DNA from: Cyanidioschyzon merolae | Taxonomy: Eukaryota | Assembly: GCA_000091205.1 (NCBI GenBank) | Contig: AP006502.2 | Reading direction: 5' to 3' (one strand) | Length of the DNA: 64,000 bases | Shown: positions 32,411-44,142 of the stretch, piece by piece | Layout of the letters: every line of letters starts with the position of its first letter | Position numbering within the stretch: position 1 is the first letter of the stretch | Program-made: the position numbers and the translations under genes | Notes under the pieces: generated by a model | Told to the model about the DNA's origin: nothing | The model's input: only the letters and a program-made list of their open reading frames with translations | Databases searched by the model: none

Positions 32411-33013
32411 ATGCGCATCGAAAAGTGTTATGTCTGCGGCGCGAACGTCTACCCGGGCCATGGCAGTGTTTTTGTGCGGAACGACGCAACTTTTTTCCAT
32501 TTCTGTCGTTCCAAGTGTATTCGAGCCTTCCGACGCAAGCGCAACCCGCGCTACCTACGTTGGACGAAAGCTTACCGCAAGGCCCACGGGAAGGAGCTCG
32601 CCCAAGATCTGACGTTCGCCTTTGAACGACAGCGGCACACTGTGCCCAAGTATGACAGAGAACTTGTTCGGGACACTTTGGCGGCGATCGAACGCGTGAC
32701 CCAGGTGCAACAGGAGCGACAAAAAGCGTTTTACCTCCAGAGAATGCGCGTGAAACAGCGCATAGAGCAAAGAGAGGCAGCCGTTGAGCTTGCCCGGCAG
32801 CGAGCGACAACCAGCCTGCGTGCCATCGAAAAGCTGCCGAGTGTACAGCGGCGACTGTCACACAGAGCATCCCATCCCTTGGTACGCGAGGCGCGCGCTG
32901 CGCTCGTCGCAGCCAGTTCCATGCAGGAACCTGCGCCAACGCACTCTGAGCATGGTTATATGGCGAGTGAGCTCACGGACGGCGCTCCGCAGCCGAACGG
33001 GACCCTGTCGTGA
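32411..33013 (+). CDS. RLP24: Ribosome biogenesis protein RLP24 (ribosomal L24e-like, TRASH zinc ribbon)
   Basis: 'MRIEKCYVCGANVYPGHGSVFVRNDATFFHFCRSKCIRAFRRKRNPRYLRWTKAYRKAHGKE'. Confidence 0.85.
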   Translation: MRIEKCYVCGANVYPGHGSVFVRNDATFFHFCRSKCIRAFRRKRNPRYLRWTKAYRKAHGKELAQDLTFAFERQRHTVPKYDRELVRDTLAAIERVTQVQQERQKAFYLQRMRVKQRIEQREAAVELARQRATTSLRAIEKLPSVQRRLSHRASHPLVREARAALVAASSMQEPAPTHSEHGYMASELTDGAPQPNGTLS

Positions 33014-34162
33014 GCACTCGAGGTTCCCCGGTCGTGTCTTGCCGGGGTTGCGCTCCGGCCTTCGAGCACCAGAACCTGCAACAGATTCTGCGCAGATCGA
33101 CTGGTACGGGCGCGAGCGATGCATTCTAGATGCATCTTGTTTCTGCCGAGCGAAATTTAGCGATACTCGGCATGGTATCGTTTACGCACGTGCATGTGTT
33201 CCAGCTTTGCGTGCGCTGCCGCATTCTACGAAGAGCGACCGTCGATCTCGACGAACGAGATGTCAGATACGTACCCGACGTGCATGGTGAAGGAATCGGG
33301 GCTGAAGTTTTACGTAGCAGGGATACCGTGAGGTTTCATGGCGCACGCTTCCGCCATTTGCGTCGTCAGCAGGTATTGCATTGCGGGTTTCTCTCCACCG
33401 AGTCAACATCAACTGCGTAAATTATCAAGTTGCCGACGATCGATTTCGCTGGAGGAGGTCCCGCTAGTTACACAGACAATGCCCCGCGGCATCATAATGA
33501 CATCGGAAACTCGCTGCTCCCTGATTTGTGCGGACAGTGATGGAGATCACGAAGCGGATTGCTCGAAATTCGAATCCAGCGTCTCCTGCAAAACTACCGC
33601 GCAACGTAATATAGAAGCATCTGTAGATAACCGGTTATCTCCTGTGTGACTTTGGGCAGCGTCCGCGACTGCGGGCGCCCAAGCGGGTACAACGATTGAC
33701 GGTACATCAGAACGCGGCACGTTCAGTTCTTCAGCGATCAAACGCTGAGCACCAGTACGCCGAGATCTCCGGTGTACCAGACGCCGGTACACGTCCGTGG
33801 ATCACCCCGCTGAGGTGGAGCGCTCCGGAGCAGGGTGCCCGACGCGCTCGGCACTTGACATTGGCATCAGCCGCGCTCGTTTCTAATGTCATAAAGAACG
33901 CCGCTTTGTTCGGAGGCGCACACCATACGTACGCACCGCAGAAACCCTGACGTATTCCCGCGGCACTGACGGGAACGTTTTTGAACGACTCGTCATGTCT
34001 GGGCATCCTCAGAGAGATCCTCCTCTATATGCGTCCTGTGGAGCAGCTTGGCACCGCCACGAGGCCACCGCGCAAGCGAAAACGCGCGACAGACTGTTGA
34101 TGCGGTACCGTTAAACGCAAGGGGAACTCTCCAGTGCCACAGACGCCATGCTCTGGTCATCT

Positions 34163-34858
34163 TTATGAGCTGGTCCGGTTCGTGTGTGTCTTGATGATCT
34201 CCAGGATCTCCGAATAGGCTTCGTATTTGGAGTTGCGAACAAGACCGCCGAACTTGCGCGGTTGCTCCTGCGCCAATAGCTCCTCGACCAACTGTTGAGC
34301 AGTGCGGTTTCTCGAGTCGCGCAACTCAAATCGCAAGAAATCACACGCTGCATCAGTCAGTGCACGAACCGTTGCTGGACGTGCATACCCGCATGCCATG
34401 TGCAGCGCGGTGAGCCCCTGCGAGTCTTGCGCGTTCACATCGACACCAGCCTTGATGAGCATTTCGACGACTTCGGCCAAACCGAGCGCCGCGGCAAAGT
34501 GCAGCGCTGTTCGGTTATCCCGGTCGACAGCGTTCACATCGAAAGGAAGACCTCTGCCGTCCAGGTGAGCCCGCAGTAGCTCTCGCGCTCGTTCCGCGTT
34601 CGTATTCGGTGGCTGCAGCGCTGTGTGCAACGGCAGCGGGTCATAGGTATCGCGCAGGTGCACTTGTTCCTTCTGCGCACTATCTGGCTGTTTTCTCCAA
34701 AACGAGCCAATACACTGTAAACTACGCGCAGATGACGCTTGTCTCGGAAGTTTTTGCGTCGAATACGAGCGCAGTGGCAACCGCTGTCTTGTCAACAGCC
34801 GTCGCTGCAGTCGAGTCGCGTGCGCAGGGCTCGAGGAAACCAGAAACATGCTTTCCAA
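34163..34858 (-). CDS. Ankyrin-repeat protein
   Basis: Repeats 'RTALHFAAALGLAEVVEMLIKAGVDVNAQDSQGLTALHMACGYARPATVRAL'. Confidence 0.7.
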   Translation of the reverse strand: MESMFLVSSSPAHATRLQRRLLTRQRLPLRSYSTQKLPRQASSARSLQCIGSFWRKQPDSAQKEQVHLRDTYDPLPLHTALQPPNTNAERARELLRAHLDGRGLPFDVNAVDRDNRTALHFAAALGLAEVVEMLIKAGVDVNAQDSQGLTALHMACGYARPATVRALTDAACDFLRFELRDSRNRTAQQLVEELLAQEQPRKFGGLVRNSKYEAYSEILEIIKTHTNRTSS

Positions 34859-35614
34859 CGTGCTTCACTGCTGCCAACTTGTCCCGCCTATACCAGGCGT
34901 CAGGTTCTACAAGTCGCCGCCTCGGGTAGCGTAACCTCTATGTGTAGTCGACGATAACGACGACAACGACGAAAACGTCGAAGTCGTTGGTGTATGCTGG
35001 CGTCTTTAGTGGTAATGACAGTTGGCGTCGTGGTGCCGGAGCAGGCCGCGGAGCTCATGTGCGTCGCTCCGCGGCTGGTGCTCCCAGCGCGCCGTCCGGT
35101 TTAGGCACGTTTTCCATCGCGATGACCCAAGTGCGTCAGCAGCTGATCCTGGCGATACAAGCGTTGTTGACGAGTGCGTACATTTGCATATGCACTGATG
35201 CTTGTGGGATATTGCGAGCGTTGAATAGGACTGCATGTATATGTCTATGGACACGAACACGCATTGGCTGGTAAACAAAGACTGAGGTACGTTCTGGTAG
35301 GGATCATTGCCGAGGCGATACGCTATCGCCAGCAACAAGAGCGGCATCACAGTTCCTGGGAGACGATTCGTGCGGTCCGACGCCGCGCTCGGTCGTTGGC
35401 AGCCAACAACCGAACATTCGTCTTCATAATCTCTATGCCGAGGCTGGTCTCATAAATCCATCATGGGAATACGCTGGGGGCGCGTCGTTCGGCAGATACT
35501 GTTGCAGGTTTTTGCACGTTTCGTGCTGCGTTTTTACGACGATGTCGGACACATCTGTGGCTTCCACAACGCTGGGTCACGCTGAGCATGTTCCAGCGTT
35601 CCTGAACGGGTGTT

Positions 35615-36523
35615 TCACGGTTTCGAACTCGACCCGGATCCGCTGATATTTCCTGCGTGCAACCCGCATTCCTTCTTGGTTTGGTCCTCCCACCACCAAC
35701 GGCCTTCACGTTCATGCTGGCCAGGGAGGACGGCACGCGTGCAGGGCTCACACCCGATGCTGATGTAACCGCGCTCATGGAGTTCGTTGTATGGGACTTC
35801 CAGAATTCGGATTGTGTCCCAAACCTGCTTCGAGCTCATGTTCGCAAGCGGGTTAAACTTGACAAGCATGCCGTCGCCCTCGAGACCTGCGAACGTCGGG
35901 TCTACCTGCGCCACGGGGATCGCGGCCCGAGTACCAGGTGACTGATCACGTCGCTGACCCGTGATCCACGCTCGAAGGGTAGCCAGCTGCTTCCTCAGGG
36001 GCTGAACTTTGCGGACGCCGCAGCACTCTTGGTGCCCATCCGTGTAGAACGAGAAGAGACCCTTGTTTCGGACGAGTTTCTCTACTTCAGTCGCATCCGG
36101 GAAGCAGTATTCGATGCGGATTTCATAGTGGCGCTCCACGCGATCGAAGAAACGGTACGTTTCAGGGTGCAACCGACCAGTGTCCAGGGCGAACACACGG
36201 AACGGCCGTTTCGTTTGCGACGCATACTCGACAAGGAGCACGTCCTCCGCACCCGAGAACGCAATAGCACAGTCAGACCCGAAAACTCGGAGCGCTGCGT
36301 CGATCACCTCCACCGGGTCGGAGTTTTCGTCCAAAGATGCAAATTCAGCGGGAAGACTCGGCACTACTGCCGTTGCGTGTATACCAAGCACTCCCGAGCG
36401 TCCGCTACGCAAAGTCGCACGTTTGGGTTGCCCAAGCGGCCGCCAGGCGATCACGCGTCGACTGCACGCACACTTAGACCGCCGTTGCGAACTGCTCGGG
36501 AAACCAGCTGTGAACTGGAACAT
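35615..36523 (-). CDS. APS/PAPS reductase (CysH family; Fe-S-cluster type without a C-terminal thioredoxin domain) with an N-terminal extension of about 50 aa
   Basis: '[17 protein letters not shown]', the Cys pair '[11 protein letters not shown]', '[10 protein letters not shown]' and the catalytic 'KECGLH'. Confidence 0.85.
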   Translation of the reverse strand: MFQFTAGFPSSSQRRSKCACSRRVIAWRPLGQPKRATLRSGRSGVLGIHATAVVPSLPAEFASLDENSDPVEVIDAALRVFGSDCAIAFSGAEDVLLVEYASQTKRPFRVFALDTGRLHPETYRFFDRVERHYEIRIEYCFPDATEVEKLVRNKGLFSFYTDGHQECCGVRKVQPLRKQLATLRAWITGQRRDQSPGTRAAIPVAQVDPTFAGLEGDGMLVKFNPLANMSSKQVWDTIRILEVPYNELHERGYISIGCEPCTRAVLPGQHEREGRWWWEDQTKKECGLHAGNISGSGSSSKP

Positions 36524-38744
36524 GAGTCAGATGCACCTCAGGAAGGCTCACGTTGACGAAACGCACGTACCCTCTAGAGGAAGTTTTTCGTGGGTATCAC
36601 GAGCGCGCGCGTTACCCAGACACCGACTCGCAATGCTCGACGTCGCACCGCCGGGTGCCGCTGCGCGTGCGTCGGGATCGGGGGCTGTTTGCGCGCGTGC
36701 CGCGACACCGGCGCGACGGCAGGCGTTCCCCCACAGCGGCCACCGCCGATGATTGCCACGGAGGCGCAGGGGGCCAAATTCGCATGGCGGCGGATGCAGT
36801 GCGTGCATGCCACGTGGACATGCATCGCCCTCGTCATTCGTTCGAACTGACACGGATGCGATGATGCCGAATCGGGATTCGAACATGCGTGTCCCGTTGG
36901 TGTTGGTGCTGTATCCGCAAGGAGCGCTTGCGCCAAGATATGACTATGAGCGTTCCAGTGTTTGCTTGTTTGTCACGGGAGCAGCCAAGGACTTGTCAGA
37001 TTGTGTGCGGACCCAGTACATCACATAGATCCCACTGTCGAGTCAGTAGTTTGGAGTTTGATCCAGTTGAAACCGGTCGAGGACGGTCGTGCGTGCGAAC
37101 GCCGTTCGCGTGGTGCGGGGTTCTCTCGTGGCTTGTGGCTGTGCTCATTGGGACCAGAGCTGCGGTTTCGAGACGTCTTGATGTATGGAAGTCGTCCAGA
37201 GATCGACTGGGACTCGCGTACGCTGCCTCACGGAGTCCGCGAGCCAGCAGCACCTCTGCCACTGCGACGGTGGCGAACGTGGGTATTGCCGGCGCCGGGG
37301 CTCCGACGAGCGCGTTGGCGGCGACCTCAGCGTTGAAGAGCTCACCGGCGGGGCCAGCGGCGGCCGTACTCACGGCAGCCGTGTGGATGCGTTCACGTCT
37401 CACGATTCTACTGGTGTTGGTGCCGTGTACACTCGGGGGTTGGTTGCTGGTCGAGGGTCTGCGCGAGTTCGAGAAGCGAAAGCCGGTTTGGCGAACTGCG
37501 AGTCCGGATGTGGCCACCAGAGATCAAGGGAATCAATAGTCCTTGGTATACATCCCGCAAACTTCATGTATGTACAGTTTCATGCGAACCATGCCATCTA
37601 CAGCACGTGTCAATTGTATATATCGTTCTAGGTGCAGGGCTCGGAAGGCGCTTGCCAGCAAGGCCGTGTACTATGCGAATCGACTGGAGCTGATCTCGGA
37701 AATCGAGTGATCGATACTGTTTGAGAAAAAGCATCGAAAGTAAACGCACTGTCATGCATCGCTGATCGTAGCGCGAACACATTGTGCACGAGGCGTACTC
37801 ATTGGGGCGAATACAAGGGACCGGCGTTCGACGACGGACCCCGACACCGGAACGCGATGCGTGGACCAGTGCACCGATAAACTTGTGGTGCGTCCACGTG
37901 ACAGGTTATCATGCAGGCACCGTGCCGACAGTTCTCGTAGGTTCCTCAGGTAGGTAGCGCTTTAAACGAGCGTGCATCTGGCGATACACTGGGGCTGCCA
38001 TTCGAACTGGGACAGGTTTCCTGCGCTCTTTCGAGCTCAGGAGACGCTGGACTACCTGTGCTGTCTGCTGCGACTAATGAAATAACCTATAAGCGCTGGG
38101 GCGCTTCATGGTGAACCAAAGCTATGCGAAACAGGCAAATTTTTCGCGTTGCTTGGCCCCTGCCCAGCTCGCATGCGTTACGGAACGAGCATGCCGCGTA
38201 TCGCCAACATGCGATATGCTCGTCCTGAAACCGCACCACTGCACGCAATCTATCGCATCCTAAACACCCAAGCGTCTCGAGTTGTCAACCGTGCGTCACG
38301 TGCTCGTGCGGCATCCAGATGCAGCAACGATGGCCCCAGCTGCAGTCCTGCGCTCGCTTTTGGAATGGCAGCGTTTGTTCTATGTGGCCAACACGCCCGT
38401 CCACTGACTGGCGTTCGAGGCTGTTCGGCGTGGCGCCCTGGATGCACGACCAACACCCGATGCACAAATGATACCTCGCATGAGTCGGGGCGCATCGTCG
38501 GTGTTTGCGCGCTGTCTGAAGCGGCATCATTCCCGTCAAGGTCAACCGGGACCCGCTTGTGCGATGTATCGACGCTCGTGACCAGATGAAGTCGTCCGTC
38601 TCCCGTGAAAGGCGGCTTCATAACAACCACGCATTCCAGCTTGCTAGTTATCTTGGGTGTAATCATGCTTTCCCAAACTGACACTGCAGCATTGTCCTAC
38701 GTTTTGTTCTTCACCGACACCACAGCCATCGACTTGAGCCTCTT

Positions 38745-40694
38745 TCAGGCCGAGAGTACCGCACTCGACGCATTCGGCAACGCTTCCCTCCACTGCAGCG
38801 AATCCTTCAACGCCAGCGTAAGCATCAGTGCCTGGGCATAGTTCAGTCGCGGATCGCAAGCTGAATGGTACGCGCGAGCGAGGTCATGAACTGCGGTTCG
38901 GGTGGCGCCACCAAGGCACTCGGTCACCGCTTCGCCGCTCATTTCCAGGTGTATGCCACCAGCAGGCACACCTTCGGCAGCGGTAATTTCAAAGAATAAC
39001 CGCATCTCGTCGAGAACCTGCTCACAGTCTCGAGTCTTGAATGAATTGCCGTTCTTGTCCCGAACACTCTGGGTATTCGCATGCATCGGATCGCACATCC
39101 AGACGACTGCGAGGCCGCTGCGCTTCACCGCTGCCATGAGCGGTGGAAGCTTTCGCTGGAGAGCATCCACACCCATGCGTGTGATCAGTGTCAGACGTCC
39201 GGGAGTGTTCGCGGGATTCAGGATCTCGGCTAGCGCAAATACTTGCTCCAGTGTAGCGTTTCCAGACAGTTTCACGCCAATCGGATTGGAAACACCTCGA
39301 AGAAACTCAACATGAGCGCCATCAATCTGGCGAGTGCGCTCACCTATCCAGAGAAAATGAGCACTTGTCGCATAATACTGCGGCGCTGATAATAAATCGA
39401 TAGGCGATCCCGCGTCTCGGTTCAGGTGCTCCAGGGTATGTGCATTGCCCGAAGGAGACCAGTCGGCAAGGCGCACTAGGCCTTCCTCGTACGGAAGTAA
39501 AAGTGCTTCGTGCGACGTGAACACATTCTCGATCACGTTTGTGTCGATACTTGTTACATGGCGGCCAGTGCTGCTCATCACTATGATTTCTTCATCGATT
39601 CCTTGCACCAGGTTTTGAATCGCCTTCACCAGGTTCGAGTCCACGACGCTGTCCCAGGCCAGTTTCTCGCTCAAAATCCTCAGCGATTCCATCGGAGACG
39701 CATGCAGGTGCTCAAGAACACGCAGATGTTCCAGAGACGCGGACGCATGCCGGTACGCCTGCAAGAGTCGCTGTGGGTCCGGAGTTCGCGCTCTGCCATT
39801 CGGTGCTGCGGAGTGCACGATGTCGCCCCGGAACGACGGCAGCCCGTCCGCATCCACAGGAGCAGAGCGAGGCTTCGCAAACTGACCTGCTATGCGTCCG
39901 ATTCGAACGATACGCCGCTTGCTCCCAGTACTCGATAAGATAGCCGCCTGGGCAGCCAGCAAATGGTAGAGGCTTATGTTGTACTCGAGGGTGCGGCTCG
40001 AGAACGTTTCGGCACAGTCCCCACCCTGAATCACGAACGCCTCACCGTGACACGCCGCGGCCAAGTGCTCGTGCAGTGATCTGATCGATTTGGGTGTCAC
40101 GAGACCGGGGAGTGTGCGCAAACCCGCTTCGACGAGCGCCAGCTGGTCTTTATCCGGGTACACGGGTAGCTGGTGCGCAGGTCGCTGGCGCCAGGAGCTC
40201 GGTGACCACGGCTCCGACCCTACCTGCCGACCCCCGATCGAGACGCTGTTTCGCAGTCCGAACGCTCCGCAGCCATCGCCGAGCCGTACGCAGACCTCCG
40301 CGCCCCGTTCAACGTAGTAGACGCGGCTGCTCAGCGCGACGCTTCCACACCGACGCACCGCTTGCCAAGCAGCGCGCCCGCTCACTCTTCGCCGAAACGG
40401 ATTCGACACCACAAACCCTTCCATTGAACGTATAGTGCACGTAATAGCGGACGAAGGTCGCTTCGATGCAACTGAGCCCGCAACGGCTTCCGAAGCTGCC
40501 GCCCCCGGAAGCATTCTGCGCTTACAGCCAACCTCGCTGCTGCTGTTGCCGGACGCAAAAACGGCGGCAACCGGCATTCCGGCCGCCGCCAATGTCGACG
40601 CCTTCCTGCAGCGCATCCGGACACGTGTCTGGTTCCCGGCGGCGTTTTGATCATCGTTCACCTCAAATGTGTTCCACATTCCGGTGCAGGTCAT
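38745..40694 (-). CDS. 3-deoxy-7-phosphoheptulonate (DAHP) synthase, class II (plant/AroAII type). A 170-aa N-terminal extension is either a transit peptide or an over-extended ORF.
   Basis: 'SEPWSPSSWRQRPAHQLPVYPD', 'AFVIQGGDCAETF', 'RIAGQFAKPRS', 'WIGERTRQIDGAHVEF'. The conserved domain starts near 40180. Confidence 0.85.
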   Translation of the reverse strand: MTCTGMWNTFEVNDDQNAAGNQTRVRMRCRKASTLAAAGMPVAAVFASGNSSSEVGCKRRMLPGAAASEAVAGSVASKRPSSAITCTIRSMEGFVVSNPFRRRVSGRAAWQAVRRCGSVALSSRVYYVERGAEVCVRLGDGCGAFGLRNSVSIGGRQVGSEPWSPSSWRQRPAHQLPVYPDKDQLALVEAGLRTLPGLVTPKSIRSLHEHLAAACHGEAFVIQGGDCAETFSSRTLEYNISLYHLLAAQAAILSSTGSKRRIVRIGRIAGQFAKPRSAPVDADGLPSFRGDIVHSAAPNGRARTPDPQRLLQAYRHASASLEHLRVLEHLHASPMESLRILSEKLAWDSVVDSNLVKAIQNLVQGIDEEIIVMSSTGRHVTSIDTNVIENVFTSHEALLLPYEEGLVRLADWSPSGNAHTLEHLNRDAGSPIDLLSAPQYYATSAHFLWIGERTRQIDGAHVEFLRGVSNPIGVKLSGNATLEQVFALAEILNPANTPGRLTLITRMGVDALQRKLPPLMAAVKRSGLAVVWMCDPMHANTQSVRDKNGNSFKTRDCEQVLDEMRLFFEITAAEGVPAGGIHLEMSGEAVTECLGGATRTAVHDLARAYHSACDPRLNYAQALMLTLALKDSLQWREALPNASSAVLSA

Positions 40695-40990
40695 CAGGTG
40701 CTTTTTCGCGGTTTTGTAGCGGTTGCGGTCGAAGTGCGTTCATTTTCAAACATAAGATACCCTAGGGAAAGGTGCGGACATAAAATTCGGGGAACTTGGA
40801 GGGCGGCATTGCTGGGTTCTACAAAAAACCCGAAAGAAGTCCATGTTCTCGCTGACCCGCGCGCGAAGCAGAGCGAGTGACGGACAGGAAGAAGAAGAAG
40901 AAGGAGATAGAGGAAACACTGTTTGCCTGACAAGTCGATGACGAGACTGCATTAGCACAGAGGGTATGCGTTCGAGGAATCCTTGCAATA

Positions 40991-41221
40991 TTGAGTTCCC
41001 CTAGAGGCAGTGCATGTAAGGAGTTCGTAAACCTGAACGCTAACGCTGCTTCAAGTATAAGACGACGTGCTGTGCTGAGGACGAAACTCGAGGACCTGAC
41101 GCGAACCAGCATCGTCGGGCAGCCTCTCAGGCTCGAAGTATGCCTCGATAAACCGAAATCGATAGCAGGCGGCCAGTCAAAACAGGCTGGAAGGCGTCTG
41201 CGAGGGCGTAGATATATATAA
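40991..41221 (+). pseudogene. Isolated degenerate TnpB/Fanzor-like C-terminal fragment
   Basis: 'EFVNLNANAASSIRRRAVLRTKLEDLTRTSIVGQPLRLEVCLDKPKSIAGGQSK' parallels '...EFVNRDFNAAINI...RPPELTRENFVGQLLKLEL...AVLGGRSK'. Confidence 0.4.
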
Positions 41222-41763
41222 ACGCTCCATCGTCGTAGGGTGTTTACGAATGACTGAACGCTCAGATACTGCAGCAGCGCGTGCAGCGCATTCGCGGCAG
41301 CGCACACGCATGCGCAACGGCGCGACGATGCAGGCGCGCACATCGATCCAGTGCGTTGTTAGCGGACTGCCATACGCGGGCATCGAACACCAGCGTGTTG
41401 CCGGCGTGCACGATTCCTGTAGGCAACTTGCGGTAGCGACTGCCGCCTCGAGAGTGCAGCGGAGGAGATCACACACATAAATGTATTCCATTGGATTGGG
41501 GGTTCTCGGCGAGAAGGTAACCTACCGTGCAATCCATTCGAGATTAGAGGCTCTTCGTGCAACAGTCTCCGCAACCGGCAAATGCGCTACGGACATCGAG
41601 GGGCAGGGCGCTTTTCGCCAAGGTCTGTGCACCCGTAATGATAGTATCCAGCACCAAACAATCCGCGTGTGGAAGACGTCGTCCCCCAGGCCGGATGTCT
41701 CTCCGAAAGCAGAACCCTTATTCCCATCATTTCCTCTAGTCGTGGAGCACTGGTTTTGCTGGA

Positions 41764-44142
41764 ATGCTCGCGTGTCCAGGGGCAGCTCGGGGAGAACGCC
41801 GCACCGTCAGCGACGACGCACCGTCGCCGCGGCGCGATCAGCGCACCGTTTCGCGTCGGAACATTCGCCGCGTGGGGCCGGCAGCGCGCGCCTCTCCTTC
41901 GCGCTCCATGCATCGTGGCGTCGCCATCCCTGCGACTGTCCAGCCACGCTCCTATCTTTGCATTGTGTTGCGTGGAGCACGTATGGTCGAGCCGTCTGTG
42001 GTGTGGTGGTGCCTGGTGGAAGCGCTCAAGCGACGCTTACTCCGTCAACAGCGCTGGCAGTTATGGCTCCTGGTCGTGGGCCTTTTCCTTCTTTGTACGA
42101 TACGCCCAAGGATGCAGAGTGTTCTGGATGCCGCCAGTAAGGAACCCGGGTCCCTACTGGATCCGAATCCAATGTATATTCCTGCGTGGGACGCACAAAC
42201 CGGTGCGGTGCTAACAGCTTTTGATCCTCAGAGGCACCTCCTGCCGTTCCACTTCATTGCATGCTCTTCAGATGACTGGGGCCGCATCGCGGATAGCGTC
42301 CCACTATTTCGCGACTCGCATGCACGTCAGGAGTTTCTGGCCGTGGCGTCTGAGGAGCTGAAGCGTTCACTGCGCCAGACCGACTGGTCCATGGCAACCG
42401 TAGAAACCGTGCGTGATCTGCAGCGACTCCACGAGTTCCTACTTCGCCTGCAGGAGGCTGCAGGAGAACCGCGTCAGCGTTTCGTGCTGTCACCCATGTG
42501 GGTTGTCGGCGGACCCGACATCCCCGCCATGCAAAACCAGCTCGATATCAAACGGGAAGGCAGCACCGGGCCGCTGCGTGAACGATCATCTGACGCCCAG
42601 CTCTGGGTGGACGCTCGCGTCCAGCGCGCAGCTGCGACCCCGGAACGCCGGGGTCGCATGCGTCTGGTACAGCGGTCGCCTAGGGAGAGATGGCGAAACA
42701 GTCGCCAGCGGCTGCATGAAACGCATGCCGAGTATCCGCAGCCGGGTGTCGGGCAGCGCTCCACGGACCCCGTGGGCGAAACGCGGCGCGCTGGGGTAAC
42801 TTTGCAACGCCCTGATTCCCTGAAGAGGTTCACGGGCCAATCGTCGACGTGGGGATTGCTGACGCGGCCGGTCGTACCTACAGACGCACAGGCTGTACAC
42901 GCTGCACCAACAGGTTTCCCCTATCGAAGCATGTACATGTGCCGGCTTTCACGAAACGGTGCATCAATACTTCCAGGCCGCGATCTGATCGAATCCATTG
43001 AGGTTGCCGAATGGTACCGTAAGCTGTGGTACGATCGCGTGTGGGCACCTCAGTTCCACGGCAGCGCCCATATCCATCCACATCGCTGGCTCGAAGCGCT
43101 CGAGCGGACACGACCTCTGCGGCGACAACGAAGCACTGCAAGGACGCGAATTATTCGCAGCGCCTACGACAGCCTCCGTGAAGGCTACGTCTACGCGGGA
43201 AACATCACCGCTCTGCGTTCTGAGTTCGCGGATGGCGCTTGGTCACCGGCAAGCCTACGAAAAGGCATTGAGACATTTGCAGGGTTTTGGGGTTATCGAC
43301 CGCGGGTTATGAGCTCGCCGCATAACACCTGGACGCCGTCGTTCGTCCAGCATCTCGTTGCGAGTCATGCAGTCTTTGGCATCGATGCTGGCACTGGTCA
43401 ATGTGCGACGCTCGTGATTCCAAACGCGACTCAGCGCTCCGTTTCATGCATCGATCGTGAACCGTGGGATACGTTCGCGGGGCGTGCCGCGCGTCTCGAT
43501 GCGCGCATGCCACTCATCCAGGAGCGGATTGCGGCGTTGAGGCCGGGATTTACGAGCCTCGCCTGGCACGCACAGAATGCACTGAGCGCGACGACATCGC
43601 CCCGGGTGGCTGCTGCGCACCTGGAGCATCTGGAAACGTTTGTGCATTGGGTACAGCGCCAGAATCATACTGTTTTCGTGACATCCAATGAACTTCATCA
43701 AATTCGTTTGCGTGGATGGAGCCTCGAGGTATGGCCAGATGCATTCGTTTATCGAAATTTTCTCCCATACGACATACTCGTATTGGTTCCGTGCCTTGAG
43801 GACATGTTCTCAGGAGCTTCGCCATGGGAAGCAGCGCCTTTACGCGTCGTCCGGCTTGATCAGCGTCTCATCCGCGCTCCGATCTCACAGTCGAGTCCCG
43901 AACTGACGCAGTGCCGACCCTGGTCGGCACTGATGGCGGATTCACAGCACGGGCATGCACTGCCTCGGAGCTTACGATACATTCAGCGGCAGAAGCAGAA
44001 ACGGAAGCAGCTTGCCGCCACTCCGGCCTTTCGAGGTTGTCGCTGTCAGCGCATTCGATTGCCCTCGTTTATGGATGATGGCGTCCTTCTTCTGCCAGGC
44101 AACAGTCATTGGATCGAGGTTCGGCGCCTGTCGCACGAGTGA
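41764..44142 (+). CDS. Large hypothetical protein (792 aa) with an N-terminal hydrophobic segment
   Basis: A long uninterrupted ORF with a hydrophobic region 'WQLWLLVVGLFLLCTI' near residue 100. No motif recognised. Confidence 0.35.
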   Translation: MLACPGAARGERRTVSDDAPSPRRDQRTVSRRNIRRVGPAARASPSRSMHRGVAIPATVQPRSYLCIVLRGARMVEPSVVWWCLVEALKRRLLRQQRWQLWLLVVGLFLLCTIRPRMQSVLDAASKEPGSLLDPNPMYIPAWDAQTGAVLTAFDPQRHLLPFHFIACSSDDWGRIADSVPLFRDSHARQEFLAVASEELKRSLRQTDWSMATVETVRDLQRLHEFLLRLQEAAGEPRQRFVLSPMWVVGGPDIPAMQNQLDIKREGSTGPLRERSSDAQLWVDARVQRAAATPERRGRMRLVQRSPRERWRNSRQRLHETHAEYPQPGVGQRSTDPVGETRRAGVTLQRPDSLKRFTGQSSTWGLLTRPVVPTDAQAVHAAPTGFPYRSMYMCRLSRNGASILPGRDLIESIEVAEWYRKLWYDRVWAPQFHGSAHIHPHRWLEALERTRPLRRQRSTARTRIIRSAYDSLREGYVYAGNITALRSEFADGAWSPASLRKGIETFAGFWGYRPRVMSSPHNTWTPSFVQHLVASHAVFGIDAGTGQCATLVIPNATQRSVSCIDREPWDTFAGRAARLDARMPLIQERIAALRPGFTSLAWHAQNALSATTSPRVAAAHLEHLETFVHWVQRQNHTVFVTSNELHQIRLRGWSLEVWPDAFVYRNFLPYDILVLVPCLEDMFSGASPWEAAPLRVVRLDQRLIRAPISQSSPELTQCRPWSALMADSQHGHALPRSLRYIQRQKQKRKQLAATPAFRGCRCQRIRLPSFMDDGVLLLPGNSHWIEVRRLSHE

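Noticed and set aside
36860-36950. Possible tRNA gene suggested by 'gggattcgaacatgcg' (T-loop-like on the minus strand) and a nearby hairpin 'cgcaaggagcgcttgcg'
   Set aside because: I could not fold a convincing cloverleaf. The acceptor and T-stem pairings fail, so it is not called.
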